Source of the DNA: Candidatus Fermentibacteraceae bacterium
Lineage (GTDB): Bacteria; Fermentibacterota; Fermentibacteria; Fermentibacterales; JCC-6
Reading direction: 5' to 3'
DNA length: 64,000 nucleotides
Assembly (NCBI GenBank): GCA_041750285.1
Contig: JBGSZS010000004.1
Span: forward strand, 288,001 to 352,000
Both the position numbers and the translations under genes were made by a program. The first letter of the stretch is position 1; the number at the start of each line of letters is the position of its first letter. This document shows positions 46,079 to 56,249 of this stretch, in pieces. The notes beneath the pieces were generated by a model that saw only the letters and a program-made list of their open reading frames with translations, was not told where the DNA came from and did not search any database.

Positions 46079-46572
46079 TATATCCTTGCCCCCTTGAATA
46101 CTTCCGCCACGAAGGGCGACGAGACCTCGGCGACCCATTCGAGGAACCTTCGGTCATCACATCCGAATCCCTCTTTCAGGTGGCTGTCGAGGTCAAGCTC
46201 GCCCACGAACCTGCAGCCCATGAACACGGGAACGACGATCTCGCTTCTGACCTTCGGGCTGCACGAAAGGTAGTTGCCCTGGGTGCTCACATCGCCGATC
46301 ACGAATGTCTGAAGGGACTCTGCGGCCTGCCCGCATATGCCCTGTCCGAAACTTATGCTCACGTGTTCGGTCGGCTCGCCGGAGAAGGGACCCAGCACGA
46401 GCTTCCTTTCCGATGATGGGTCGACGACGTAGAAACCCGCCCAGTCGTAGCCGGGGATCGTCGTGAGCACGTCGCAGATGCGCTGCAGAACCTCGCGGCC
46501 GGGTCCCTTCTCCGAAGCTGCAAGGTCGACCTCGGCCATCGTGCTGCGCAGGAGCCTCAGCCTTTCGTTCAT
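46078..46572 (-). CDS. msrC: GAF-domain protein, free methionine-R-sulfoxide reductase-like
   Basis: WAGFY, LGPF, GQGICG, NYLSC, SEIVVP, LDLDS. Confidence 0.75.
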   Translation of the reverse strand: MNERLRLLRSTMAEVDLAASEKGPGREVLQRICDVLTTIPGYDWAGFYVVDPSSERKLVLGPFSGEPTEHVSISFGQGICGQAAESLQTFVIGDVSTQGNYLSCSPKVRSEIVVPVFMGCRFVGELDLDSHLKEGFGCDDRRFLEWVAEVSSPFVAEVFKGARI

Positions 46573-46916
46573 TTGCCCTCCGAAAGCCTTTCCCAAAGGG
46601 CCACGGCCCTTCGCACGTGTGGAACGGTGATGGTGCCTGCCACCACCATTCCAATGCCGAGCGCCTCCACCACCTGTCCGGTCGGAAGCCCCAGCTCGAA
46701 GCAGCGGTGAATATGCCACGAAATGCAGTCATCGCAACGAAGCACCAGCGAGGAGACCAGACCCAGAAGCTCCTTGGTTGCCTCGGGGAGGGCGCCGGGC
46801 CTGTAGGCCAGGGCATCGACGGAGTAGACCCTCTTGATCACGTGGTCGGCGTTCCTCAGAACCGCTTCGTTAAGGGCTTCCCGCTCCTTGAGAAAAGCTC
46901 CGGGGTCTATGGACAT
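46569..46916 (-). CDS. Carboxymuconolactone decarboxylase / AhpD-like protein
   Basis: GAL..TKELLGL, LRCDDCISWH. Confidence 0.88.
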   Translation of the reverse strand: MSIDPGAFLKEREALNEAVLRNADHVIKRVYSVDALAYRPGALPEATKELLGLVSSLVLRCDDCISWHIHRCFELGLPTGQVVEALGIGMVVAGTITVPHVRRAVALWERLSEGK

Positions 46917-46919
46917 GGT

Positions 46920-47441
46920 TCACTTCCCGGCCAGAATGGACGCCTGAACGTACACCCTGGCAGCGAGCTCCCTGTCCATCATGAAAATGCCCCCGCCGCC
47001 CGATTTGTCGACGAGATGGAGCTTCTGGATCAGTGCTTCGGCGTTGGCCTCTTCCTCGACCTGCTCGGCAACGTACCACTGGATGAAGTTTGCGGCAGCG
47101 TGGTCGCGCTCGGTCTGCGCGGTTTCCAGAAGGTGGTCGATGCTTGCCGTGATGAAGCGCTCGTGCGTGAGTACCGCTTCGAACGCAGCCAGGGGCGAGG
47201 TCCATTCGACCTCGGGTTTTGCTATGGCTTCAAGGCTTACGGAGGCGCCGCGTTCCAGCATGTGGTTGAAGAAACCCATTGCGTGGTCACGCTCCTCCTG
47301 CGCCTGAACCCTCATCCAGTTCGAAAAACCGGAAAGCCCTTTTCCTTCGAACCATGCCGCCATGGAAAGGTAGAGGTAGGCGCTGAACAGCTCCCTGTTG
47401 ATCTGGGAGTTCATCTCGAGAGCGACGGTTTCCTTCATCAT
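46920..47441 (-). CDS. ftn: Non-heme ferritin
   Basis: QINRELFSAYLYLSM, QAQEE..HA, HE, QWYVAEQVEEE. Confidence 0.95.
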   Translation of the reverse strand: MMKETVALEMNSQINRELFSAYLYLSMAAWFEGKGLSGFSNWMRVQAQEERDHAMGFFNHMLERGASVSLEAIAKPEVEWTSPLAAFEAVLTHERFITASIDHLLETAQTERDHAAANFIQWYVAEQVEEEANAEALIQKLHLVDKSGGGGIFMMDRELAARVYVQASILAGK

Positions 47442-47443
47442 GG

Positions 47444-47821
47444 CTATCTCCTCCAGAGGCCGTGGACGTTGCAGTATTCCCTGGCCGCGGTTACATCGGA
47501 AAGTGCGACGGGGAAGAACGCCTCGGGCGCTGCACCGGGTGCCAGTTCCGCCCGGTAGACCCTGTCAGGGGTATGGACTTCCACCCACTCGATGAAGTGG
47601 GCGTCAAGCATTGGGTGGGGAACGCTTCCCACCTTGAGCAGGACTCCGCCCTCAACTTCCGAAAGAACTGGAACATGCTTCTCTGTGGTGCTGTCGGCGG
47701 TCTTCTCGTCGAGCAGGATCATGGGAACACCGCAGCAGACCAGCTCACCCTGCCCGGGGTGAAGCATCTCGACGATGTTGCCGCAGATCTCGCATTTGTA
47801 GACCTGTCTCCTTGCTGTCAT
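47444..47821 (-). CDS. dfx: Desulfoferrodoxin (superoxide reductase)
   Basis: [34 protein letters not shown]. Confidence 0.96.
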   Translation of the reverse strand: MTARRQVYKCEICGNIVEMLHPGQGELVCCGVPMILLDEKTADSTTEKHVPVLSEVEGGVLLKVGSVPHPMLDAHFIEWVEVHTPDRVYRAELAPGAAPEAFFPVALSDVTAAREYCNVHGLWRR

Positions 47822-47837
47822 GATCGAACTTCCTTTC

Positions 47838-48410
47838 CTACCAGTTGGTGGCTGCGAGTTCGAAGTAAGCCTGGGGGTGATTGCATGCGGGACACATTTT
47901 GGCCGCCTCGGTGCCGACATGGACATAACCGCAGTTCCTGCAGCGCCAGGCTACCTTCTCCGGCCTGTTCCACACAAGGTTCATCCCGATGTTCCCGGCC
48001 AGCTTCCTGAACCTCTCGCCATGGAACTTCTCCGCGACCGACACGTTGTCGAACACGGCGGCGATCTCGGGGAAACCCTCTTCCCGGGCGGTCTGGGCAA
48101 AACCCGGGTACATCGAGCCCCATTCATGCTCCTCGCCCTCGGCGGATGCGATCAGGTTGGCCCTCGTGTCCCCTATGACTCCCGCGGGGAACGAAGCGGA
48201 TACGACTGCCTCGCCTCCCTCGAGAAACTTGAAGAACCTCTTGGCGTGCTCCTTCTCCTGGTCGGCCGTCTCGATGAACACCGCCTCGATCTGTTTGAAC
48301 CCCTCCTTGCCTGCTGCAGAGGCAAAGTAGGTGTAGCGGTTCCGCGCCTGGGACTCGCCGGCGAAAGCCGTCAGGAGGTTCTTTTCTGTCTGCGTTCCTC
48401 TCAGTGACAT
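47838..48410 (-). CDS. rbr: Rubrerythrin
   Basis: [29 protein letters not shown]. Confidence 0.96.
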   Translation of the reverse strand: MSLRGTQTEKNLLTAFAGESQARNRYTYFASAAGKEGFKQIEAVFIETADQEKEHAKRFFKFLEGGEAVVSASFPAGVIGDTRANLIASAEGEEHEWGSMYPGFAQTAREEGFPEIAAVFDNVSVAEKFHGERFRKLAGNIGMNLVWNRPEKVAWRCRNCGYVHVGTEAAKMCPACNHPQAYFELAATNW

Positions 48411-48439
48411 TCCCGTCTCCCTTCGTTCCGGTTTCCTAA

Positions 48440-50725
48440 TTAAGAATCATTCTTATTATTGTTTCCCTCGCGGGATTCGTCAAGCCTTGTTATCACCATC
48501 ATCGTCACGTCGTCCGTATGGGGTTGATCCCCCACCCATGAGTCAAGAAGCCTGACGATGGTTGCCATGAGTTCTTCCGAAGATGCTTCACGATGGCCGG
48601 CCATCGAGTTGACGAGCCTTTCGATACCGAAGGGCTCGTCATCCTCGGGACTGAATGCGTCGGTGACCCCGTCCGTGAAGGCGAGCATCCTGTCCCCGGG
48701 ATCGAGGGTCAGGGATCCGCACCGGTACCGTGCGTCGGGATCGACTCCCAGAACCAGCCCCCCGATGTCGGGTCTCTCCGATGTGCCGTCGGTCCTCAGA
48801 ACCACGGGTGGATCGTGCCCGGCTGAGCAGTACTCGAGGCTCCCGTCACGCGCGGAGAGGACGCCGAGGAACATGGTGATGAACGAACCCTCGGGAACCT
48901 GGCTGCAGACAAGCCTGTTGAGGACCGGCATGAGTTCGGGCAGTGAACTCCTTCCCAGAAGAAGGCTTCTCAGGCTGGCTTGAAGGCCCGCCATGAGAAT
49001 GGACGCGGCTGCGCCCTTTCCGGCGACATCCGCTATGGCCAGGGCCGTGTCGCCGTTCTCAAGCTGGATCATGTCGTAGTAGTCGCCGCCAACGACGCTG
49101 CAGGGAATGTTGATCGCGGCTATCTCGTACCCGGGCAGCCGGGGAATGACTTTGGGGAAAAGCTGCTGCTGGATCTCCCTGGCAAGGTCGAGTTCCCTCT
49201 GAAGCCTTTCGAGTTCGAGTTTCTCGCCGAACAGCCTGGCGTTGTGGAACGCCTGGGCGATCTGCCTTGCAAAGCTGTCGAAAAGACCCCTTGTGTGGTC
49301 CACGAAACGGAAAGACCTTCCGCAGGATGCCAGCAGCAGACCCAGATGCTCCCCCCTCACCTCGACCTGGGAGGCCATGAGGGACCCTATCCGTCCCTTG
49401 CCGCTGAAGAGTTTCTCGAGCGCTGTTCTCCTGTAGTTGTTGAAAAGAAGCCCCCTCCCGCTGGCATCGAGCCTCCCGGAGAGGAACCTGTACCAGTCCG
49501 GCGGGATCTCACCCGAAAAATCACAGTTTTCACCGGACCATACCGTGGCGAAGCCCGCCGATTTCTCGACAGGAACGATCCAGCAGCAGTCAGCCCCGGT
49601 GAGCCTCCTGCCAAGCCGGGTGGCTGCGGAGGCCAGCTGACCCGGCTCGAAACTGGAGTGCAGGCTGTGGCTGAGGTCCTGAAGCGTGTCGAGCTCGCCG
49701 TACCTTTTGTCAAGAAGCCTGGCCGACGGCATGTGAAGCAGAATGGTGAGGAAGCTTCCGTACCCGTAGACCACGAGCAGCAGCGCTATCGTCCCCATCA
49801 GGGTGCTCACGGTTTCCATGCCGTAGCCGGGCATGCCCTCCGAAACGCATACGGTCATCACCCTGCGGGAGAACTCGGCGAAGATCAGCGCTCCAGCCAT
49901 GACGAACAACCGGCTGTTCCGGTTCAGGTAGTGTATCCACCTCTGGCAACAGGCCATTATGGCTGCGGAAAGAAAGACCACAAGAAAGGACAGGTTCAGT
50001 GGGTTCCTCATAACGGAGATCACGACCGACCCGCCAAAACCAAGCGCAGTGGTGGATGCGTGAAGCATGATGGCTCCGGTCACGATCCAGAAAAGGTTCT
50101 GCGTGGCCCCTGTGCGATCCACCATCACAAGCCCCTCCAGAAGGGCAAGCATCGTTATGAGGGCGCTCAGTGACAGAAGCATCCCCAGGGAGGAAAACCT
50201 TCCAACCTCCCTCAGAGTATCCCTCGGGATCGGCACGTAGCGGCGTGAATCGAGCGTGCCCGTTCCGGAAACCGTTCCGACGATGACTCCCAGCGTGGCG
50301 CCCGTGGCATCACCCAGCGAGTTCACGATCGCGCCGCCCGGGCCGGGAAGGTCGAGCGAGAAGATCTCCCTCATCGTCTGAGCGTTCTCGAGGGCGGAGT
50401 CGGTCACGGCATCCCTGTTCAGCGTGCGAAGCAGCCTCAGCCTGTCGCCCTCGGCGCCCCCGCTCGCCATGGTTCCGCTTTCGATAAGGACAACGGCACC
50501 CCAGGCGACACCGGAGAGAACGAGAAGAAGACCGAGCCTTCTCGAGATGCTGAGGTCACGCGTGAACGACCTCATCGAAACGAAGAACAGGAACGCCGAC
50601 AGAATGCACAGGAGACCCGAAACCCGGTTGAGAGCCGACCAGGGCGGCAGAACGGCTGACGGAAGCGACAGGATCCCCGCGAGGATCAGTGTGACGGTTC
50701 TGGCGCGGATCCGGCCCTTCGTCAT
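48440..50725 (-). CDS. Membrane GAF + PP2C (SpoIIE/RsbU-type) phosphatase
   Basis: N-terminal TMs; AREIQ, GGDYYD, IADVAGKG, SAGH, FTDGVTD, DDVT. Confidence 0.9.
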   Translation of the reverse strand: MTKGRIRARTVTLILAGILSLPSAVLPPWSALNRVSGLLCILSAFLFFVSMRSFTRDLSISRRLGLLLVLSGVAWGAVVLIESGTMASGGAEGDRLRLLRTLNRDAVTDSALENAQTMREIFSLDLPGPGGAIVNSLGDATGATLGVIVGTVSGTGTLDSRRYVPIPRDTLREVGRFSSLGMLLSLSALITMLALLEGLVMVDRTGATQNLFWIVTGAIMLHASTTALGFGGSVVISVMRNPLNLSFLVVFLSAAIMACCQRWIHYLNRNSRLFVMAGALIFAEFSRRVMTVCVSEGMPGYGMETVSTLMGTIALLLVVYGYGSFLTILLHMPSARLLDKRYGELDTLQDLSHSLHSSFEPGQLASAATRLGRRLTGADCCWIVPVEKSAGFATVWSGENCDFSGEIPPDWYRFLSGRLDASGRGLLFNNYRRTALEKLFSGKGRIGSLMASQVEVRGEHLGLLLASCGRSFRFVDHTRGLFDSFARQIAQAFHNARLFGEKLELERLQRELDLAREIQQQLFPKVIPRLPGYEIAAINIPCSVVGGDYYDMIQLENGDTALAIADVAGKGAAASILMAGLQASLRSLLLGRSSLPELMPVLNRLVCSQVPEGSFITMFLGVLSARDGSLEYCSAGHDPPVVLRTDGTSERPDIGGLVLGVDPDARYRCGSLTLDPGDRMLAFTDGVTDAFSPEDDEPFGIERLVNSMAGHREASSEELMATIVRLLDSWVGDQPHTDDVTMMVITRLDESREGNNNKNDS
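48441..48483 (-). promoter_or_regulatory. Promoter plus Fur/PerR-family 7-1-7 box for the rbr operon
   Basis: TTGACG-17 nt-AATAAT; perfect palindrome TAAGAAT-C-ATTCTTA at 48441-48455. Confidence 0.75.
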
Positions 50726-52020
50726 CCATTCTCCCTCATGAAAGCCGCGAGGTCATCGACACCGCCGCTGCGGGTTTCACCGGAAAGCATGTTCTTCAGC
50801 CCCAGTACGCCGGTCTGCGCCTCGTCCGGACCCACGACGACCGCCCAGGGGAAGTTCTCCCGGGAAGCCTGCTGGAACTGCTTCGACACCCTGCGGCCCG
50901 ATACGTCCACGACCGTCGGGATCCCGCGGCTTCTGAATTCCTCTCCCAGCTTCAGGGCGTTGGCGAGCTGTTCCCGGGAGAATACCGCTATGAAGAGAGT
51001 GGCCGGGGGAGTCCTGTCGAGTCCCTCGGGAAGACAGCCGTAGGTTTCGAGGAACAGCGTCAGGGCAAGCACGCCAAGGCCGAATCCGACCCCGGAGATC
51101 GCCCTGCCCTCGAACATGCCCACGAGGTTGTCGTACCTGCCGCCTCCGCAGAGCGCCCTTCTGTTCTCCCCGCCGGTGTCGGTCAGCTCGAACACGATGC
51201 CGGTGTAGTAATCCAGCCCCCTGACCACCGAAGGGCAGAATTCGGCCGACCTCATGCCCGAGCCGGAGATGAGCCGCCCGAAGTCCCTGACTTCTGCCAG
51301 TTCGGGGCACTCTCCAAGTAGAGCGGTCAGGAAAGGGTCTTCGGGATCCTGAATCCCGCAGAGCCTCATGACGCTTCGTGCGGTGTCCTCCGAACCGAAA
51401 GCCCCGGTGAGCATTCCGAACCACTCCGCCTCACCTGTCTTGTCCCTCCGGTCGAGCACGGCGAAGGCCCCTGCCGCGTCACTCACGCCCAGCGCCGCAA
51501 GGGCGGCCGAGGCAAACCTCCTGCTGCTCCATCTTATCCGGTACTTGTCGGACGACACCCCGAGCGTTCTCATCATCCTGTCCAGGACAAGGAAGACCTC
51601 GAGTTCGGCGGCGGGGGGATCGGCCCCCAGTATGTCGAGGTTGAACTGCAGGAATTCCCGCACCCTTCCCCTCTGGGGTCTTTCGTGGCGGTAGCACAGC
51701 GGCATTGACATCCAACGGGCTGGAAGGTGCATCTCTCCCCTGGCGGCGACCATTCTGGCGAGGGTGGGAGTGAGCTCGGGTCTCATGACGACCTTGCGGT
51801 TGCCCCGGTCGGTGAACCAGTAGCTCTGCTTCTCCACGAGCTCTCCGCCGCTTTTCGCCTCGAACAGTGAAAAGGGCTCAAGAACAGGCCCGTCGTATTC
51901 CTGAAAACCGCTCATGGCACCGGACTTGAGAAGGACCCTGCACACATGGCGTTCAACGAGGAGTTCATCGGGGTATCTCTGGCGCATTCCCGTGAGTGGG
52001 TTGGTGGATGGAGCGGTCAA
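50722..52020 (-). CDS. hisS: Histidine--tRNA ligase
   Basis: RPELTP, RHERPQRGRVREFLQ, RGLDYYTG, GGGRYD, anticodon-binding domain. Confidence 0.93.
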   Translation of the reverse strand: MTAPSTNPLTGMRQRYPDELLVERHVCRVLLKSGAMSGFQEYDGPVLEPFSLFEAKSGGELVEKQSYWFTDRGNRKVVMRPELTPTLARMVAARGEMHLPARWMSMPLCYRHERPQRGRVREFLQFNLDILGADPPAAELEVFLVLDRMMRTLGVSSDKYRIRWSSRRFASAALAALGVSDAAGAFAVLDRRDKTGEAEWFGMLTGAFGSEDTARSVMRLCGIQDPEDPFLTALLGECPELAEVRDFGRLISGSGMRSAEFCPSVVRGLDYYTGIVFELTDTGGENRRALCGGGRYDNLVGMFEGRAISGVGFGLGVLALTLFLETYGCLPEGLDRTPPATLFIAVFSREQLANALKLGEEFRSRGIPTVVDVSGRRVSKQFQQASRENFPWAVVVGPDEAQTGVLGLKNMLSGETRSGGVDDLAAFMRENG

Positions 52021-52021
52021 G

Positions 52022-53332
52022 TCAGTCCCTTCCTATTCCGCGGGAGAGCGGGCATCCGCCCCCGCAGACCGACAGTTCGATGCATGAGGAACACCTGGCG
52101 GGAAGCTGGTCCCTGTCACGTATCCGCCTGAAAAGAGTGCTGTTCCAGATCGAGTCCCATGAATCGCAAAGCATGTTCCCCACGGGCTCGAACCAGCTTT
52201 GACACGGAAGGACGCTTCCGTCCGGCTCTACGCAGATGTTCATTGAGGCGGCGGTACACCGTCTGGCCCCGAGGTCGAGCTGCTCTGGATCGAGGCGGCA
52301 GTACTCGGTGGGTGAGTACCACAGCATCCTGATCCCGGCGGTCCTGCATGCATCCTTCAGCTCGAGAAGAAGCGCTTCCAGAGCAGCATCGGAGAGCCCC
52401 TTCTCCCCGTGTGAGGTGTGGCCGCTGCAGATCACGGTGTTGAACGCGGCGGCAGCCGCGCCGAGTCCTGCGACGAACGCCGGCACACCCGTAACGGCGT
52501 TCCGGTTGTCGAGGCAGAGCGTGGTGTTGGTCACCGTGTGGAACCCGGCGGCAACCGAGTTCCGTATGCCGGCAACGGTTTTCTCCCAGGCGCCGGGAAC
52601 ACCTACCATTCCGTCATGAACGGCTGATTCGGCCGACTCGAGTGTGACCTGCACGTAGTCCAGCCCCGCGGACCGCAGCGACTCGGCCCTTGCCGGGTCG
52701 GCAAGCCCGATACCGTTCGTGAGCAGCCCGGTTACAAGGCCAAGGCTTTCGGCATGGTTCACAAGCTCTTCGAGGTCTTCCCGCAGGATGGATTCACCGC
52801 CGGTGAAGACGACCTGGGGTATGCCCGCATCGCAAAGCCTGTTGATTATCGTTTTCCATGAACCCGTGTCGATCTCGGCAGCCTCGCGGTCCCCCTTGTA
52901 GCAGTGGCCGCACCCAGCGTTGCAGCGGTAGGTCAGGGCAAGGTCGGCCCTGAAGGGGGCCGATGGAAGCGCGTCAGGGGTCTCCTCGACGTCGAGAACC
53001 ACGTTGTCGCCCCTGATGACCGCCTCCAGCGAGTCCCTGAAAACGGTGAAATCCTCATGGGCCTTCTTCGCTCTCAGGCCGTACCTTTTTGCAAGGCGGG
53101 CCGAAGCCTCTTTCTCGCCTAGACCCGAAAGCATCATCCAGGCGCAGTCGGAACCGGTGGGGTTGAGCCTTATCAGGCTGGCGGCGTCAACCACCAGAAC
53201 ACCGTTCCCGTCGGGATCCACCCTGAGGTGCATTCTTGAGTCACCCCTGCGGAAGTGGTGCAGTCCGGCCGGAGCCAGACCGCCCTTTTCCACTGCTGCG
53301 AACAGCCCTTTGATCCTGTTGAGCGGCTTCAT
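52022..53332 (-). CDS. Radical SAM/SPASM protein with N-terminal PqqD/RRE-like domain
   Basis: CNAGCGHC, FTGGE, LTNG; SPASM CTAA..DGSVLPC..CSSC..CGGGC; N-terminal LRVD..VLVVD..LNPTG..AKRY. Confidence 0.9.
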   Translation of the reverse strand: MKPLNRIKGLFAAVEKGGLAPAGLHHFRRGDSRMHLRVDPDGNGVLVVDAASLIRLNPTGSDCAWMMLSGLGEKEASARLAKRYGLRAKKAHEDFTVFRDSLEAVIRGDNVVLDVEETPDALPSAPFRADLALTYRCNAGCGHCYKGDREAAEIDTGSWKTIINRLCDAGIPQVVFTGGESILREDLEELVNHAESLGLVTGLLTNGIGLADPARAESLRSAGLDYVQVTLESAESAVHDGMVGVPGAWEKTVAGIRNSVAAGFHTVTNTTLCLDNRNAVTGVPAFVAGLGAAAAAFNTVICSGHTSHGEKGLSDAALEALLLELKDACRTAGIRMLWYSPTEYCRLDPEQLDLGARRCTAASMNICVEPDGSVLPCQSWFEPVGNMLCDSWDSIWNSTLFRRIRDRDQLPARCSSCIELSVCGGGCPLSRGIGRD

Positions 53333-53333
53333 A

Positions 53334-54830
53334 TTACCTTCCTCCACCGGCACAGGCGCACGCGCAGCCGGCGCAGGCGCACGCGCATGCGCATCCGCCC
53401 CCGCCCGAGCGGTAGCCGCCGCTTCTTGAGACTGGTATCGGGTTTACGATGGCGGCAACGCTCCTGGTCAGTCCCCGGACCGAGCTCCCTGCAGCGCTTT
53501 CGATCCTTGAAACCAGGCTGCCGCAGGCTGCTGCAACGTTCAAAGACTGGCCAGTCCCGCCCGTGGAGACAGGCCAAGAGGACGCGGGGATGAAAACGGG
53601 CACAGGAAGCCTGGACAGCCTCTCATGGGGTTTCGCTTCGGAAGCCAGCAGCCACTGGAACCGGTCGGCGAAGACCTCGGCTGCAGCAACGGCGTCCGGC
53701 GCCTCCTCGAGCTGCTTCCAGGCGTTCTTCATTACCCCGGTGTAGTATTCGCGGGTGGTCTTGAGGTTGAAGCCTTCCATCGCGGTCCCGAGGTCACTGA
53801 TCATCTCCTTGAAGAAGGCCTCGAGGTTCTTAGTGGTTAGGCCCTCCTCGCCAGCGATCAGTTCAAGGAGCTTCTTCTCGTAATCCCTCAGCCCTTCCGG
53901 AACGAGCCCCATCGGGGTGATCCTGGTCCCGGCGCCCTCTCCGGTGACCGTGACTGCACCCTTTTTGATGAGGCTCCACACTATGAGCATTACGACCCTG
54001 TCCAGAGGCTTCTCCATAAGAAGCGCCGCCATGGGAACGGTAAGCCCCCTTCTGACACCCTTGCCCCCGACCCTTATCTTGGGTGGAAGGTACTGCCTCT
54101 GTCTGATGATGGAACTTCGGATGCCGAAGAAAAGCGGCAGCGCGATGAAAAGCAAAAGTATCAGAAAGATCGCGACGGGTGCGCAGCACGCTGGATCGAA
54201 AAGGGGCTCGGAGGGGCGGGTTGCAAGGCTTCCCGGGACCAGCGCAGCCGGAAAACCGATTCCGACCTCGAAGGGCCTGTCCAGCCTGACCGACCTGTCC
54301 CAGCGGAAAACCACCCTGCCCTTGTCCACCCAGGAGCTGTCGAAGGGGGTATCGTGATACCTCACGCTGTCGGGCGCACTGCCCTGAGGGAACACCATCT
54401 CCAGAACAAGGTCCGTGTGCCCGGTCAGCAGTGAACCGTCGAACCATGTCGGTGAGAAATGGAAGGAGGCCCAGTCTTCCTGGTCATCGTCGACGTAGAT
54501 TCCCCCCGAACACATGCCGTTGAACTCGAGTACGCCGGTTTCACCCGGCCGGATGCCTGCGCCCAGCGAAATCTCCACACCGTTGTCGATGTAGGATGAT
54601 ACCATCACGGGGCGTCCGTTCCCGTCGAGACTTGCCCGCATGTCCGAAACGCTCCAGTCCCTTGTGGGCAGGCCGATGTCCACCACGTCGACGGGGTCGG
54701 CCCCGGTGTTGCACTGGAACGTGATCCTGTAGAAGAGAGCCAGGGTCTGGTCCTGGTTCACCGACACCCTGCAGTACATGTCGGGGACGGAAAAGCTGTA
54801 GGAGGCCAGCAGGGCCAGAAGAACTACCAT
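53334..54830 (-). CDS. Membrane protein (DUF2207-like architecture) with C-terminal Cys-Ala repeat tail
   Basis: ATG 54830 after GGAGG; extracytoplasmic domain, TM helix, C-terminus GGGGCACACACAGCACACAGGGR. Confidence 0.82.
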   Translation of the reverse strand: MVVLLALLASYSFSVPDMYCRVSVNQDQTLALFYRITFQCNTGADPVDVVDIGLPTRDWSVSDMRASLDGNGRPVMVSSYIDNGVEISLGAGIRPGETGVLEFNGMCSGGIYVDDDQEDWASFHFSPTWFDGSLLTGHTDLVLEMVFPQGSAPDSVRYHDTPFDSSWVDKGRVVFRWDRSVRLDRPFEVGIGFPAALVPGSLATRPSEPLFDPACCAPVAIFLILLLFIALPLFFGIRSSIIRQRQYLPPKIRVGGKGVRRGLTVPMAALLMEKPLDRVVMLIVWSLIKKGAVTVTGEGAGTRITPMGLVPEGLRDYEKKLLELIAGEEGLTTKNLEAFFKEMISDLGTAMEGFNLKTTREYYTGVMKNAWKQLEEAPDAVAAAEVFADRFQWLLASEAKPHERLSRLPVPVFIPASSWPVSTGGTGQSLNVAAACGSLVSRIESAAGSSVRGLTRSVAAIVNPIPVSRSGGYRSGGGGCACACACAGCACACAGGGR

Positions 54831-55177
54831 TTGGGAGCCTCCTCGAGCTGGTACGCCGAACCGCAGAAGGGGCACTCGACCATTGCTGTGCCGCCTATCT
54901 CCCTTAGGGCGTCGGCGGACAGGGTACCACCGCAGGAACGGCACTTCATGCTCTCCATCTTCACATCGCCAGTGAGGTCCAGCTCGCGCCTTTCCACGAC
55001 CCGGTGCACCTGCTTCCGAAGGCCAAGAAAAAGGAGCACTCCGCCGGCAAGAAGCATCACCCCCCCGTTCACGAGGGTTCCGGTGGAGTGGTTGTATGCT
55101 CCGCCGATAAGGAACAGGATGCCCAGACCCATCAGGCACAGGCCTGCCAGTATCACCACCACCTTGATTATCTTCAT
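54824..55177 (-). CDS. Small two-TM protein with C-terminal zinc ribbon
   Basis: Two TM helices, CRSC..CPFC; overlaps the next start. Confidence 0.8.
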   Translation of the reverse strand: MKIIKVVVILAGLCLMGLGILFLIGGAYNHSTGTLVNGGVMLLAGGVLLFLGLRKQVHRVVERRELDLTGDVKMESMKCRSCGGTLSADALREIGGTAMVECPFCGSAYQLEEAPKW

Positions 55178-55236
55178 AGCTTCTTCCCCCTGGGGCGCAT
55201 GCGCCTTGAATGACAAATAAGGAATACCGGGAGGCA

Positions 55237-55749
55237 ATGGTGAAACATTACAATGAAATCCGGCCCGAGTCTATAGAGGGCAACCCTTTTGACATGATCG
55301 GCAGACGCTGGTTTCTCATAACCGCGGGAAGCATGTCGGACTACAACACAATGACCGGCGGCTGGGGAGCGCTTGGATACCTGTGGGGGAAGAACGTCGC
55401 CTTTGCGTACGTAAGACCGGTCCGGCACACTTTCCGTTTCACCGAGGAAAACCCCCGGTTCACTCTCAGCTTCTTTCCCGAATCGGAAAAAGCGGCACTG
55501 CAGTACTGCGGAAGCCATTCGGGAAGGGATGTCGACAAGGCGTCGCAGACCGGTCTCGAGCCCTTCGAACCTGAACCGGGCACGGTTTCGTTCACGCAGT
55601 CAAACCTGGTGCTGGTCTGCAGGAAACTCTACGCGCACTTCCTCACGCCGGGCGATTTCATTGACCAGTCCGTGAACCGAGAGTGCTACCCCCAGCCCGA
55701 TCATCACAGGGTGTACATCGGTGCGATAGAGAAGGTCCTTTCGAGTTGA
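55237..55749 (+). CDS. Flavin reductase family protein
   Basis: NTMTGGWG, VRPVRHT, CGSHSGRDVDK, HRVYIG. Confidence 0.9.
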   Translation: MVKHYNEIRPESIEGNPFDMIGRRWFLITAGSMSDYNTMTGGWGALGYLWGKNVAFAYVRPVRHTFRFTEENPRFTLSFFPESEKAALQYCGSHSGRDVDKASQTGLEPFEPEPGTVSFTQSNLVLVCRKLYAHFLTPGDFIDQSVNRECYPQPDHHRVYIGAIEKVLSS

Positions 55750-56249
55750 TCCCGTCGATCCACCATCTTTTTCGGCACCCGCAGCACCTGCGCACCGTGG
55801 CGGGCTGGATCTACCGCGAGTTCTGGGAGGACAGGAACGGGTACGATCAGGCAACCCTCGAGAAGCTGCTTGGAGACGCCGACGACCCCGACCGCATCCC
55901 CATCTCCCTCGTAGCGTTGATCGACGGCGTGCCTGCGGGAACCGTCAACCTCATCGCCCACGACAACTCGAAACGCCCGGAACTGACACCCTGGCTCGCG
56001 GCCCTCGTGGTGGTGAGAAAGTTCAGGGGAAGGGGGATAGGCAGCGCCCTCGTGAGAAGGCTTCTGACAGAGGCCGCCCGTCTGGGGATTGCCACGCTGT
56101 ACCTTGGAACCGATACCCCCGACTTCTACACAAGGCTTGGAGCCTTCCATCACGAAACGGTTGACGGGCTTCACATCATGAGGTTCGAGATCCCGGAGGA
56201 ACGGCTCTGCGATGAGCAGGGCCAACCCGATGCCTGCGCCGTCTCGTGA
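55746..56249 (+). CDS. GNAT acetyltransferase
   Basis: TTGA overlap; PWLAALVV..FRGRGIGSAL, FYTRLG. Confidence 0.85.
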   Translation: MIPSIHHLFRHPQHLRTVAGWIYREFWEDRNGYDQATLEKLLGDADDPDRIPISLVALIDGVPAGTVNLIAHDNSKRPELTPWLAALVVVRKFRGRGIGSALVRRLLTEAARLGIATLYLGTDTPDFYTRLGAFHHETVDGLHIMRFEIPEERLCDEQGQPDACAVS

